Source of the DNA: a virus
Taxonomy: Duplodnaviria; Caudoviricetes
Length of the DNA: 26,823 nucleotides
Strand: one strand, 5' to 3'
IMG/VR virus record: IMGVR_UViG_3300034151_000038
Location: 1-26,823 of that record
Shown here: positions 17,260-25,666 of the stretch, piece by piece
How the letters are laid out: each line of letters opens with the position of its first letter
Numbering within the stretch: the first letter of the stretch is position 1
Position numbers and translations under genes: made by a program
Notes under the pieces: model-generated
Seen by the model: only the letters and a program-made list of their open reading frames with translations
Told to the model about the DNA's origin: nothing
The model's database searches: none

Positions 17260-18845
17260 TGCCGCAGGTTCTCCCGCAGATAGCCTTTGCGGCATTCAGT
17301 GTCGGCGCGCCGCTGGTGGTGGTCAACGCCATCGTCGGCGTCGGCGTGGCCGGCGCTGTGCTGCATACCGCCGTTTCGGTGGCGGTTACAGTCGGTGCCA
17401 GCTACGCGATAGCCAAGCTGACAGCGCCGCCGATCCCGCGGCCGAGCAACGGGGCATTCGAGTTCAAGCAGCCAATTCCGACGCGGTTCTTTACCTATGG
17501 CGGCGTGAAGATCAGCGGGCCGATCCTGTTTCTCGAAACGAGCAACGGTAACAGGCATCTCAATAAGATCACGGCTTTCGGAACACGCGAGCTTGATGCC
17601 TTCGTCAAGTATTTTCTCGACGGGATCGACAACACATCCCTGGCCGTTCCGGTGGTCGGCCAGCCGGGGGTGTTTGAGATCCCTGTGTTGCGTGACGTTG
17701 GCGGCTCGCACGGCTTTGCGCGTTATCATATTGGCGACCCCGACCAGGTTGCCGATGACCGCGCCGTGACCGAGCTCGGCACGCATCCGAGCAATCCCTG
17801 GACAACGAGCCATCGATTGCGCGGCATCCCTTATGCTTACGCTCTCATGTACAGCGGGTCGGTAAGCGCCTTTCCACAAGCGTTCCCGAATGGCGCGATC
17901 GAGTTTTCTGTCGTCGGCGGCGTCAAGGTCTATGATCCGCGCAAGGACTCGACAAACGGCGGCAGCGGCTCGCACCGCATGAACAATCCCGACAGTTGGG
18001 AATATTCCGACAACCAGCGGCTCTGCGCGCTCGACTGGCTCACCTGGCCGGAGGGTTATGCCAAGGATTGGCCGCGCATCGATTGGGCGAGTTGGGTGCC
18101 GCAGATCAACCTTGCCGATGAGAACGTCCCGCTGAAAGGCGGCGGGACAGAGAAGCGCTACCGGGTCGCAACCAAGGTTAGCTACGACGAGCCGCGCAGC
18201 CGGGTGCTGCACAGGCTGTTGCAGGCCGGCGACCAGCAATTGTTCACGACGGCGGACGGGTTGATCGGCAGTCGCGGCGGCAAGTGGGTGGCTCCGACCG
18301 TCAGTCTCAGTGCGGAGGCGGATTTCAACGAGGCGTTCTTCCAGCATGGCGTTTCGATGATGGAGCGCGTCAACGAATTCCAACTGACCTGCATGTTGCC
18401 GGAACGCGACTACAGCGAGTTCGAGCTCGAGCCGTGGGGCAACAAGACGGACCCGGAATACATCGCCGGCATTCGCCGCCGCGTGCCGCTGGATCTCAAT
18501 ATGGTGCCGTCGCAAACGCAGGCGCAGCGGCTGGCGAAGATCTACATGGCAAAGCGCAACCCGCGCTGGAGCGGAACGGTGCGCACCAACTTTGCCGGCC
18601 TCGATGCGCTCGGCGAGGACAAGATCAGTCTGCAGTTCGCCGAGCTGCACACGACAGCCGATCCGTTTGACGGACCGTTCTGGATCAACGGGCAGATTGC
18701 ATTCCTGCCAGACCGAACGGGCGTCACGTTCCCGGTCGCGAGCGCGGACCCGGATTCCTATACGTGGGTGCCGTCGACCGACGAGCAGGATCTGCCGGAA
18801 GCACCGGAGGCCGAGGCGGCATTGCAGTTCGAGGAGGCGGCATGA
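17259..18845 (+). CDS. Tail tip / central baseplate protein
   Basis: GTG at 17259; hydrophobic N-terminus; WTTSHRLRGIPYA, VYDPRKDST, WEYSDN, QAQRLAKI. Confidence 0.85.
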   Translation: MPQVLPQIAFAAFSVGAPLVVVNAIVGVGVAGAVLHTAVSVAVTVGASYAIAKLTAPPIPRPSNGAFEFKQPIPTRFFTYGGVKISGPILFLETSNGNRHLNKITAFGTRELDAFVKYFLDGIDNTSLAVPVVGQPGVFEIPVLRDVGGSHGFARYHIGDPDQVADDRAVTELGTHPSNPWTTSHRLRGIPYAYALMYSGSVSAFPQAFPNGAIEFSVVGGVKVYDPRKDSTNGGSGSHRMNNPDSWEYSDNQRLCALDWLTWPEGYAKDWPRIDWASWVPQINLADENVPLKGGGTEKRYRVATKVSYDEPRSRVLHRLLQAGDQQLFTTADGLIGSRGGKWVAPTVSLSAEADFNEAFFQHGVSMMERVNEFQLTCMLPERDYSEFELEPWGNKTDPEYIAGIRRRVPLDLNMVPSQTQAQRLAKIYMAKRNPRWSGTVRTNFAGLDALGEDKISLQFAELHTTADPFDGPFWINGQIAFLPDRTGVTFPVASADPDSYTWVPSTDEQDLPEAPEAEAALQFEEAA

Positions 18846-19225
18846 CCACGGAATTCTTTGTCGAGGCGCCATTCAATCTACTCGACATCGATATCAGCCA
18901 GGATGCCGACTGGAATGATCCGTTTCAGATCGTCGAGATGACCGATGTCCCACTCGACCTGACCGGCGCCATCCTCGAGCTCTACATCCGTCCGCGTTTC
19001 GCGCACGACACGCTGTTGAAGAAGCTCTCGTCGGTCGGCTCCGGCGGCATCGTCATTGATGATGCGTCATTGGGGATGGCTTATTTCTTCGTCGACCGCA
19101 GCATCGTTCTGGCCGATTTGCCGATCGGCGAGTGGCAACAGTTTTTCGTCATGACGCAGGGCACGTTGCAGACGGAACTATGGCGCGGGCAACTGCGCGT
19201 GCACCCCGGCATCATTGCGGCCTAG
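18842..19225 (+). CDS. Fibre-attachment / BppU-like small virion protein
   Basis: ATGA-coupled start; DIDISQDADW, PLDLTGA, LWRGQLRVHPGI. Confidence 0.65.
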   Translation: MTTEFFVEAPFNLLDIDISQDADWNDPFQIVEMTDVPLDLTGAILELYIRPRFAHDTLLKKLSSVGSGGIVIDDASLGMAYFFVDRSIVLADLPIGEWQQFFVMTQGTLQTELWRGQLRVHPGIIAA

Positions 19226-19228
19226 TTC

Positions 19229-21739
19229 ATGCGACGGCCGCGGGCTCGCCTGCCGACGGTTCGGTTAGAGCCGCCGCAGCCAAGGATGCCATCGGCGCTG
19301 CGTAAGCGGGCGCCATACAAAGGGCCGCGCGTAGCGGCTCCGACCGTGCCAACGTTCCTGCTGGCCGACAATTCCGAACACATACTGCTCGAAGATGACG
19401 CAAGCGGCGGTGCTCTGCTGCTGGAGGAAGGGACCGTGGCACTATCACCTCGCCTGATCGTCCGCATGCCGGCACCGGCGCTGCGCAGCGGCGGCTCACT
19501 CAATGTCAACGTCGACGCCAACTGGCTCGACAGCGTGCGTTTCGTCGCCACCAGCGGTACGCTGGCGTCGATCGATGCCGGCCAGGTGATCGATGGCGTT
19601 ACCGTCGTGGCGGGCGACAGCTTCCTGTTCCAGCCGATATCCGGCGGGGTCGCGACAACCGCTGCGGCCAATGGGATCTATGTGGCCGGCGCCGATGGCG
19701 TGGCGCCGGTGCGGCGCGGCGATGCCGATAGCGGCGCGGAAATCTTTGAAGCTGCGGTGGGTGTGCGCGAGGGCACGATCGGCAAGGGCCAGCAGTGGAT
19801 CTGCGTCAATGCGACGGCGCCGCTGGTCGGGACCGATGGCATCTGCTTCCGGCAGATGGGGACGGAGAGCGGGGTCGTTCAGGCAAACCTGAGTGCGTCG
19901 ACCGACATCGCCAGTTATGGCGGCGCTGCCGATCTTGTCCTGACCGGCGGCTTTACCGCCTATTCCGACGCCGGCGGCACGACGTGGAAGCGCGGCACGA
20001 CGACGATGCCGAGCACGCTGACCTATTTCCGCAAGCAGGATTCTGGCGGCGTCTGGTACGAGGCGATCAGCAAGCGCACCATCTTCGGCGAAAGCGTCGG
20101 CATCTTCGGCGCCGGCACCGGCACCGATGTCGGCGCCAACATCAATGACGTGCTCGACTGGCTCGGGACGCACGGCGGCGGGCGGCTGATCCTGCCGCCT
20201 GGCACCAGTCACTCGAGCGTCGATCTGATCCTGAACCGGGATGGCGTGCAACTGCAGGGCACTGCGACCGGCAGCCAGTTTTCGGACAATGGATCGCGTT
20301 TGAACCTTGCGTCCGGGAGAACCGTCCTGATCGGCGGCGACGTGGCGGTCGGCGGTGTCGAACGCTACCTGATAAAGGTTTCGGATCTGTGCTGCACTCA
20401 ATCCGGCGGGACCGCCTACTTCTTTTCCAGCCGCAGTGTGCGCGGGCTGAAATTCAGCGATCTGCAGATCCAGGACTGCTACGGGTTTCATCGCGCCGGC
20501 AACACCACTGCCGGCAATCTCAGCAAGGTCATCTTCTACAATGATATCGAGGGGCAGCTAAACCCTGTCAGTCACGAGCACGCGATCCGTGGCGAAAACA
20601 TGGGCGTCTTCTGGATGTCCAATGTGTTCTTCACAGGCGGCACTAGCGGTTCCGCTATCGTTACCAACTCGTCATTCCTGACGCTGCCCGGCAGTTCTGT
20701 TAACGCTCCTGACGGCTCGGTGATAAGCAATTGCGTTTCATCCTATTTTGAGCGCGGCATCGACATCGGTGGATTTGGCTGTGGCGCTCTGCTGATCACC
20801 AATTCAATTTTTGATGGCTGCCGGACTGCCGGCATTCGCCTGGCGCCCGCGGCGGGCCATAACGTCTCCGGCGTGCACATAAATAACTGCCACATCGCCG
20901 GCACTGCGCCGGCCACCAGCACTGCCGTGGGCGTCGTTATCTCGGAGCTGTCGGGCGGTGGCGTCGGCCGGATAGAGATCAGCGACTCCTATATCATGAA
21001 CTTCGGCAAGAACGGGCTGCGCGTGGAAGGCGATGCCGCCAATCCGGCGGTCAGGGTCAGCATCTGCAACAACCAGATTGGCGATAATTGCCACTTTGCC
21101 GATAACACGCAGCCGGTGATCTACGTCGGGGCAAACTCCGACTTCATCACGATCTCGGACAATATGATTTATCGGGCGAACGAGGCCAACACGCCCACCT
21201 ATGGCATTGAGATAGCCACGGCGTCCGACAACATCGTCGTAACTGATAACCTCATACACGGCACGAATGATGCGAACGAGACGGTCAGGAACGTGCAGCG
21301 CGGCTCGGCGCTGACGCGCAAGATTTCTGGCAACAGCGGCCAGGTATTCGAGGGCCAGGTGGTGACGCTCGGGCCTTGGATAAAGTTGGATCTGTCCGCG
21401 AGCTTCGGCGGCCGCCTGGCGGTGGCGGATGCGACCGCGGCGATTGATCTTGTGGTGCCGCGGCGCGGGCGCGTCATAGGCATTGCGGCGCGCGCCAGCG
21501 GCAATGTCGGGTCGATACCGGCGGCGGCAGTGACATTCCAGGTTTGGAAGAATGGCGCTAACGCCGGCCTGGTGGCGTCGAATGCCGGGCCGAGCGTGGC
21601 GGAATGCTTCGGCGAGAACCTCGCCGGGGTAGAGTTTGCAGCGGCGGATCAGCTCGGCATCAATGTGGTGACGACTGCGGCCTACGCGCCGGACGATACG
21701 CTGGACTGGGCGGTCTACGTCAGCATCTACTACGACTGA
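19229..21739 (+). CDS. Multidomain tail fibre/spike with beta-helix
   Basis: Triple LLE motif; IDGVTVVAGD...NGIYV module; GGFTAYSDAGG; GGGRLILPPG cap; repeated ISN/ITN/ISDN rungs; beta-sandwich C-terminus. Confidence 0.82.
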   Translation: MRRPRARLPTVRLEPPQPRMPSALRKRAPYKGPRVAAPTVPTFLLADNSEHILLEDDASGGALLLEEGTVALSPRLIVRMPAPALRSGGSLNVNVDANWLDSVRFVATSGTLASIDAGQVIDGVTVVAGDSFLFQPISGGVATTAAANGIYVAGADGVAPVRRGDADSGAEIFEAAVGVREGTIGKGQQWICVNATAPLVGTDGICFRQMGTESGVVQANLSASTDIASYGGAADLVLTGGFTAYSDAGGTTWKRGTTTMPSTLTYFRKQDSGGVWYEAISKRTIFGESVGIFGAGTGTDVGANINDVLDWLGTHGGGRLILPPGTSHSSVDLILNRDGVQLQGTATGSQFSDNGSRLNLASGRTVLIGGDVAVGGVERYLIKVSDLCCTQSGGTAYFFSSRSVRGLKFSDLQIQDCYGFHRAGNTTAGNLSKVIFYNDIEGQLNPVSHEHAIRGENMGVFWMSNVFFTGGTSGSAIVTNSSFLTLPGSSVNAPDGSVISNCVSSYFERGIDIGGFGCGALLITNSIFDGCRTAGIRLAPAAGHNVSGVHINNCHIAGTAPATSTAVGVVISELSGGGVGRIEISDSYIMNFGKNGLRVEGDAANPAVRVSICNNQIGDNCHFADNTQPVIYVGANSDFITISDNMIYRANEANTPTYGIEIATASDNIVVTDNLIHGTNDANETVRNVQRGSALTRKISGNSGQVFEGQVVTLGPWIKLDLSASFGGRLAVADATAAIDLVVPRRGRVIGIAARASGNVGSIPAAAVTFQVWKNGANAGLVASNAGPSVAECFGENLAGVEFAAADQLGINVVTTAAYAPDDTLDWAVYVSIYYD

Positions 21740-21749
21740 GCTCCCACAC

Positions 21750-23594
21750 ATGGCTGATAAGAAAATCTCGGAGCTTCCGCTCCGCGGCACGGTGCTGCCT
21801 ACCGATCAGTTTGCCAACTCCGCGGACAATGTCACCTGGCGGTCGCCGGTGTCGGCGATCACCAGCCTGGTCACGCCGGGCTTTATCCCGGTCAGCCAGA
21901 AAGGCGCGGCAGGCGGGGTAGCGACGCTTGGCGCGAGCGGCGAAGTGCCGGCCAGTCAGCTGCCGGAGAATTACATCGATGAAGTGGGTTTGCCGGCCGG
22001 CAGTGACTGGACGGCTGTATTCCAGGCGGCAGCATTGCAGGGCGGGATCTTCCGCCTGCGACCGAATACCTCTTATGAAATTCGCGACACCGTCGAGGTC
22101 ACGACCTCGGGCTTTGGCCTGATTGGCACGCGCAGCTCACGTATTTATCTGCCTGCCGCATCCTGGACGCAAGTCGATGACAACGGTTCCGCGGCACAGC
22201 ATGCCACGGCCAGCGCTTTCTACGCGCACGGCGACTTGGTTGACGCGAACCTCCCGCTGCACGGCTTCACCATGCAGGGATTTACGATCGAGAGCGAGAT
22301 GCTGGAGGGGCGAACACTCTTCGCCATGTTCATCCGCAATGTGCTGAACATCAATATTTCCGATCTGGAGATATTCGGTTTTCCAGTGGGCCGGGGCGTT
22401 GCCGCGAGCACTGTATCGGGCTGGATCACACGCAATTATATCCACGACTTCCTGCAGAACAGCAATCCTTTCTCCATCCAGCCGCAATCATCAGGGATTG
22501 AGATTGACGGCAACCGCGTTGGCAGTCCCGATGTCAATTCGCATGATTTGATCATATCGCAGAACACTATCAGGGACATACTTTTCACCGGTGCCGCTGC
22601 TGCTGCCTACGGCACGCAGACGGATGGTATCAACACGCAGGGAGAAGGTGCGGCGGCACGTATCATAATCTCAGGCAATGCGATCTCGCGCGTGGGGGAA
22701 GGGATCGACAATTTCGCCGACTTCATTTCCATGTCCGCCAACGTCATTGAGGAATGCACCGACTACGGCATCAAGATGACGCACGGCGCTTCGTATTGCT
22801 CGCTCACTGCCAATACGATCAATAAGGCAGGTCGCGCCGGCATCTTGATTTCTGGCGGTCCACCTACGGATTCGCAGCATGCAACTGGAAACGTCATCTC
22901 AGGCTGCACTATAAAGAACATCGACTATCTGGGCACCTATGGGGCCACTATTCCGAGCGCTTGCATCCGGTTCTGGGCTGGTGGCGGTTTCACCGCCAAG
23001 GACAATCTTATCCTAGGGTGCTTGCTCGATCCGGGGACAACCGGGCGCTACGCCATCTCTGATGATGGTCTGAATAACAGGCAGGTCAACAACACGCTGA
23101 CTGCCGGTAGCGTGGGGCTTTACGCCAACAGCGCTGATAGCCTCATCCCAAGCCCGGTCGGCATGGGCAATTTCAGTGCGAACAATGCCGGGGGCGGGCA
23201 GAGCGGTATTGCGGACAGTGCGCCGGTGGATGTGGCCTTTGGCAATGTCCTGCACAATGTCGGGGCGCTCTACGATTCCACGACCGGCATCTTCACGCCG
23301 AAAGCGGGGCGGGTCTGGATGCAGGCGTGCGTGCGTATGACAGGCACGTTTGACGCCTCCAGCCAACTGGCCATTGCCATCCATCGTGCCACCAGTGGCG
23401 GCGCTGGCTTTGGTTCGTTCCGTGGCAAGATCGTCGCTGTTCAAGCGACGGGCGGCTCGGTGGACATCTGGATTGAGGACTACACCACTGGCCTCGAAAG
23501 CTACAAGGTCGTGGTGAGCGGCAATACCTCCGGTGGAGCCGTGGCAATTCCGGCTGACGGTTCTTCAACGTTCTTCATGGGCGGAAATTTCTAG
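21750..23594 (+). CDS. Tail spike with beta-helix and C1q/TNF-like C-terminal domain
   Basis: MADKKISELPLR; KGAAGGVATLGASGEVPASQLP linker; DWTAVFQAA cap; ISQN/ISGN rungs; YDSTTGIFTP. Confidence 0.82.
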   Translation: MADKKISELPLRGTVLPTDQFANSADNVTWRSPVSAITSLVTPGFIPVSQKGAAGGVATLGASGEVPASQLPENYIDEVGLPAGSDWTAVFQAAALQGGIFRLRPNTSYEIRDTVEVTTSGFGLIGTRSSRIYLPAASWTQVDDNGSAAQHATASAFYAHGDLVDANLPLHGFTMQGFTIESEMLEGRTLFAMFIRNVLNINISDLEIFGFPVGRGVAASTVSGWITRNYIHDFLQNSNPFSIQPQSSGIEIDGNRVGSPDVNSHDLIISQNTIRDILFTGAAAAAYGTQTDGINTQGEGAAARIIISGNAISRVGEGIDNFADFISMSANVIEECTDYGIKMTHGASYCSLTANTINKAGRAGILISGGPPTDSQHATGNVISGCTIKNIDYLGTYGATIPSACIRFWAGGGFTAKDNLILGCLLDPGTTGRYAISDDGLNNRQVNNTLTAGSVGLYANSADSLIPSPVGMGNFSANNAGGGQSGIADSAPVDVAFGNVLHNVGALYDSTTGIFTPKAGRVWMQACVRMTGTFDASSQLAIAIHRATSGGAGFGSFRGKIVAVQATGGSVDIWIEDYTTGLESYKVVVSGNTSGGAVAIPADGSSTFFMGGNF

Positions 23595-23603
23595 TCGGGT
23601 GCC

Positions 23604-23804
23604 ATGGAAGGCCCGGTTAGTTGGCAAGCTCTTTTATTAATCGTTTCGTCGACCATAGTCGTCAACGCCACAACAGCGCTGTTTGTCGGCTGGCTCGTCT
23701 ACCGGGGTTGCGTCATCGTGGCCGGGCTCGAGAAGCGCATCACGCGGCTGGAAATGCTGCAGGAGAGTGGGGCGCCCGGCGCTCCCCGAGGGGGGCGGGG
23801 TTAG
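23604..23804 (+). CDS. Small membrane protein with short coiled coil
   Basis: Hydrophobic N-terminal half then LEKRITRLE; last + strand gene. Confidence 0.55.
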   Translation: MEGPVSWQALLLIVSSTIVVNATTALFVGWLVYRGCVIVAGLEKRITRLEMLQESGAPGAPRGGRG

Positions 23805-23837
23805 GTCGGAGCTCCGGACGCGGGGCTTAGGTGGGGC

Positions 23838-23986
23838 TCAAGCTACATGCTTCCAATGTCTGCCTCGCCGGATCACCCGGAAATGTCCGTAGCCGTTTGC
23901 ATTTACGGCGCCTTGCCAGAGCCAGCATTCATCCGGTCCAGCTTTTGCGACCTTCTTCCAGAAGCGTGCTATCTGTTCGGGGGAGG
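23838..23986 (-). pseudogene. N-terminal remnant of an HNH endonuclease
   Basis: SPEQIARFWKKVAKAGPDECWLWQGAVNANGYGHF...HVA*; stops before the catalytic HNH motif; no start codon 3' of the tRNA. Confidence 0.75.
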
Positions 23987-24061
23987 TGGTGGGCGATGCA
24001 GGTTTTGAACCTGCGACCTTCCCCGTGTGAAGGGGACGCTCTCCCGCTGAGCTAATCGCCC
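23987..24061 (-). tRNA. tRNA-Val(CAC), complete, with encoded CCA
   Basis: GGGCGAT TA GCTC AGCGGGA GAGC G TCCCC TT-CAC-AC GGGGA AGGTC GCAGG TTCAAAA CCTGC ATCGCCC A CCA; all four stems pair. Confidence 0.96.
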
Positions 24062-24217
24062 GAGGGGTTCTAATGAACCCATGACCATCCTCAGAGCTTG
24101 CAGCGTTCATGGTGGGCACCCTCCGGTGTGAAGTTTTTCGGGACCATTCTTCCCCTATTTGTTTCCGTGCTGTGCTCGCAGCGTTCACGCTCTCCACTCA
24201 TCTCCGAGCACTCCGCA

Positions 24218-25255
24218 CTAGGTGAGGGGCTTCCGTGAACCTGTCGCCAACCGATTTACGGAGTGCGGACCTGCAAGCTCCAGAGCTGCCGCTGCCTTGC
24301 GCAGATATTCCGGCGAAAACCGACTGTAGACGCGCTCGGTAATGCGACTGTCGGCATGGCCGAGATACTGCGCGATCTCGCTCATGGGCGTGCCGTGCTC
24401 AGCCATCCACACGGCCGCCGTATGGCGCAGGACGTGCGGCGTCACGCCTGATAGTCCGGCACGGCGCGCAGCGGTGACGACACCGCCATGTATCTTCCTC
24501 ACCCTGTCGCCAGCCCACTCAATGACGTAGGCCGTGCGTGCTCCTTCCCTGGCGGCAGCAAGGGCCGCACGCGCCGTATCGTTCATCGGCACGGTTGCAC
24601 GGCCTTTCAGCGGCCGGATCGTTTCCGGGTTGCCGAGGTAGATTCGGCCGCGTTCCACGTCGCAGCGATCCCATGTCAGATCCAGAAGCGCGCTGGCGCG
24701 AGCGGCTGTCGTGATGGCGAGAATGATGAACAGCCGGATGTGCGGCATGAAGGCGGCGGCCAGGAGCCGCTCGGCCTCATCGCGGGTAAGATGGCGATCC
24801 TTGGGCGGCGGCTTCGGCGGGCGCTCGATGGCCGGCGCCTTCAGGATGAGCCCGCTGCGTTCTGCCCACCGGAGCGCGGTGCGGAGGTGCCCGAGCTCTG
24901 TCCATATCGTGCCGTCATGTCGACCAGCAGCGCGGCGCAGGCGAGTATAGGCGCGGCAGGTGGCGTCGGTGATGTCTTCTGGAGCCATGTCCCCGAAGTG
25001 CGCCAGGACGGCTTTCCGCTCATAGCCCATTGTGGTTGCGACTGGTCGCCCGTCGCGATCCCCACGGAAGGCGTCCCACAGCCAGGCGATCGTTACTCGC
25101 GGGGGCTTCTGGAATTCGGCGACGAGGCGCTGGAACTGCCCGGACGCCTCGGCTGCGCTAGTCGCAGGAAGCTGACGGCGCGAGATGCGTTCTCCGTCGC
25201 AGTATGTTGCGATGGCCCATCGGCCGCGGAATCGCTGGAGCTTGTAGGTGGGCAT
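24218..25255 (-). CDS. int: Tyrosine integrase
   Basis: Catalytic R (TAARASA), K (LKGR), HxxR (HVLRHT), H (LGH), Y (RVYSR). Confidence 0.96.
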   Translation of the reverse strand: MPTYKLQRFRGRWAIATYCDGERISRRQLPATSAAEASGQFQRLVAEFQKPPRVTIAWLWDAFRGDRDGRPVATTMGYERKAVLAHFGDMAPEDITDATCRAYTRLRRAAGRHDGTIWTELGHLRTALRWAERSGLILKAPAIERPPKPPPKDRHLTRDEAERLLAAAFMPHIRLFIILAITTAARASALLDLTWDRCDVERGRIYLGNPETIRPLKGRATVPMNDTARAALAAAREGARTAYVIEWAGDRVRKIHGGVVTAARRAGLSGVTPHVLRHTAAVWMAEHGTPMSEIAQYLGHADSRITERVYSRFSPEYLRKAAAALELAGPHSVNRLATGSRKPLT

Positions 25256-25404
25256 TCAAAAGCCTCCACTGCGCTCTCGGGAATGCGGAGGAGCTTCCCA
25301 CCTAACCGGAAATGCCCAAGCTTGCCATTGGCGATAAGCCGGCGCACGTGCGAGGGCGAGCACTTCCACCGTTCGGCCACCTCTTCCGGGGTGAGAACGC
25401 TCAT
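25093..25404 (-). CDS. xis: Excisionase-like HTH protein
   Basis: LTPEEVAERWKCSPSHVRRLIANGKL...FRLGGKLLRIP; overlaps the 5' end of int. Confidence 0.85.
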   Translation of the reverse strand: MSVLTPEEVAERWKCSPSHVRRLIANGKLGHFRLGGKLLRIPESAVEAFECPPTSSSDSAADGPSQHTATENASRAVSFLRLAQPRRPGSSSASSPNSRSPRE

Positions 25405-25658
25405 CAGTCTCCGCCTCCGCTGTCTTTGGTAATCAGAGCGCGAATATTGGCAGCGATCTCCCGTCGTGTCGGGGGTGTGTAGTAGTCATCGTCCTCCATC
25501 ATCTTCGCTGCTCGCTCCAGTGCAGCGGCTTCGATGCGAGGAGCGACGGCGGCGAGGACAACCGCAGCGTAAAATTGAGTATCTATCGCGCGAATAGCCT
25601 CATCGCTGCTGTCCTGTAGCGCCCGCATTGCAACTTCCATGATGGTTGGGTCGCTCAC
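25404..25658 (-). CDS. Hypothetical early protein
   Basis: GTG start with GGGAAG RBS; IEAAALERAAK...IAANIRAL; stop coupled to xis. Confidence 0.7.
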   Translation of the reverse strand: MSDPTIMEVAMRALQDSSDEAIRAIDTQFYAAVVLAAVAPRIEAAALERAAKMMEDDDYYTPPTRREIAANIRALITKDSGGGD

Positions 25659-25666
25659 GTCTTCCC

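Larger units (their letters stand above)
23795..24234. other. Probable attP region
   Basis: Convergence point downstream of integrase; contains a tRNA and several short direct/inverted repeats. Confidence 0.6.

Noticed and set aside
17193-18872. 559-aa antisense ORF, and similar ones at 7195-8160, 15893-16885, 19496-20491, 20804-21790, 24488-25432
   Set aside because: Shadow frames of well-supported genes in GC-rich DNA; no recognisable motifs
384-23594. Gene transfer agent cluster
   Set aside because: Tail genes resemble GTA families, but cos-like site, integrase, xis and RecT indicate a temperate phage
23838-24197. 119-aa ORF as an intact gene
   Set aside because: The 5' part crosses att-like repeats and the tRNA; only the last ~50 codons look protein-like
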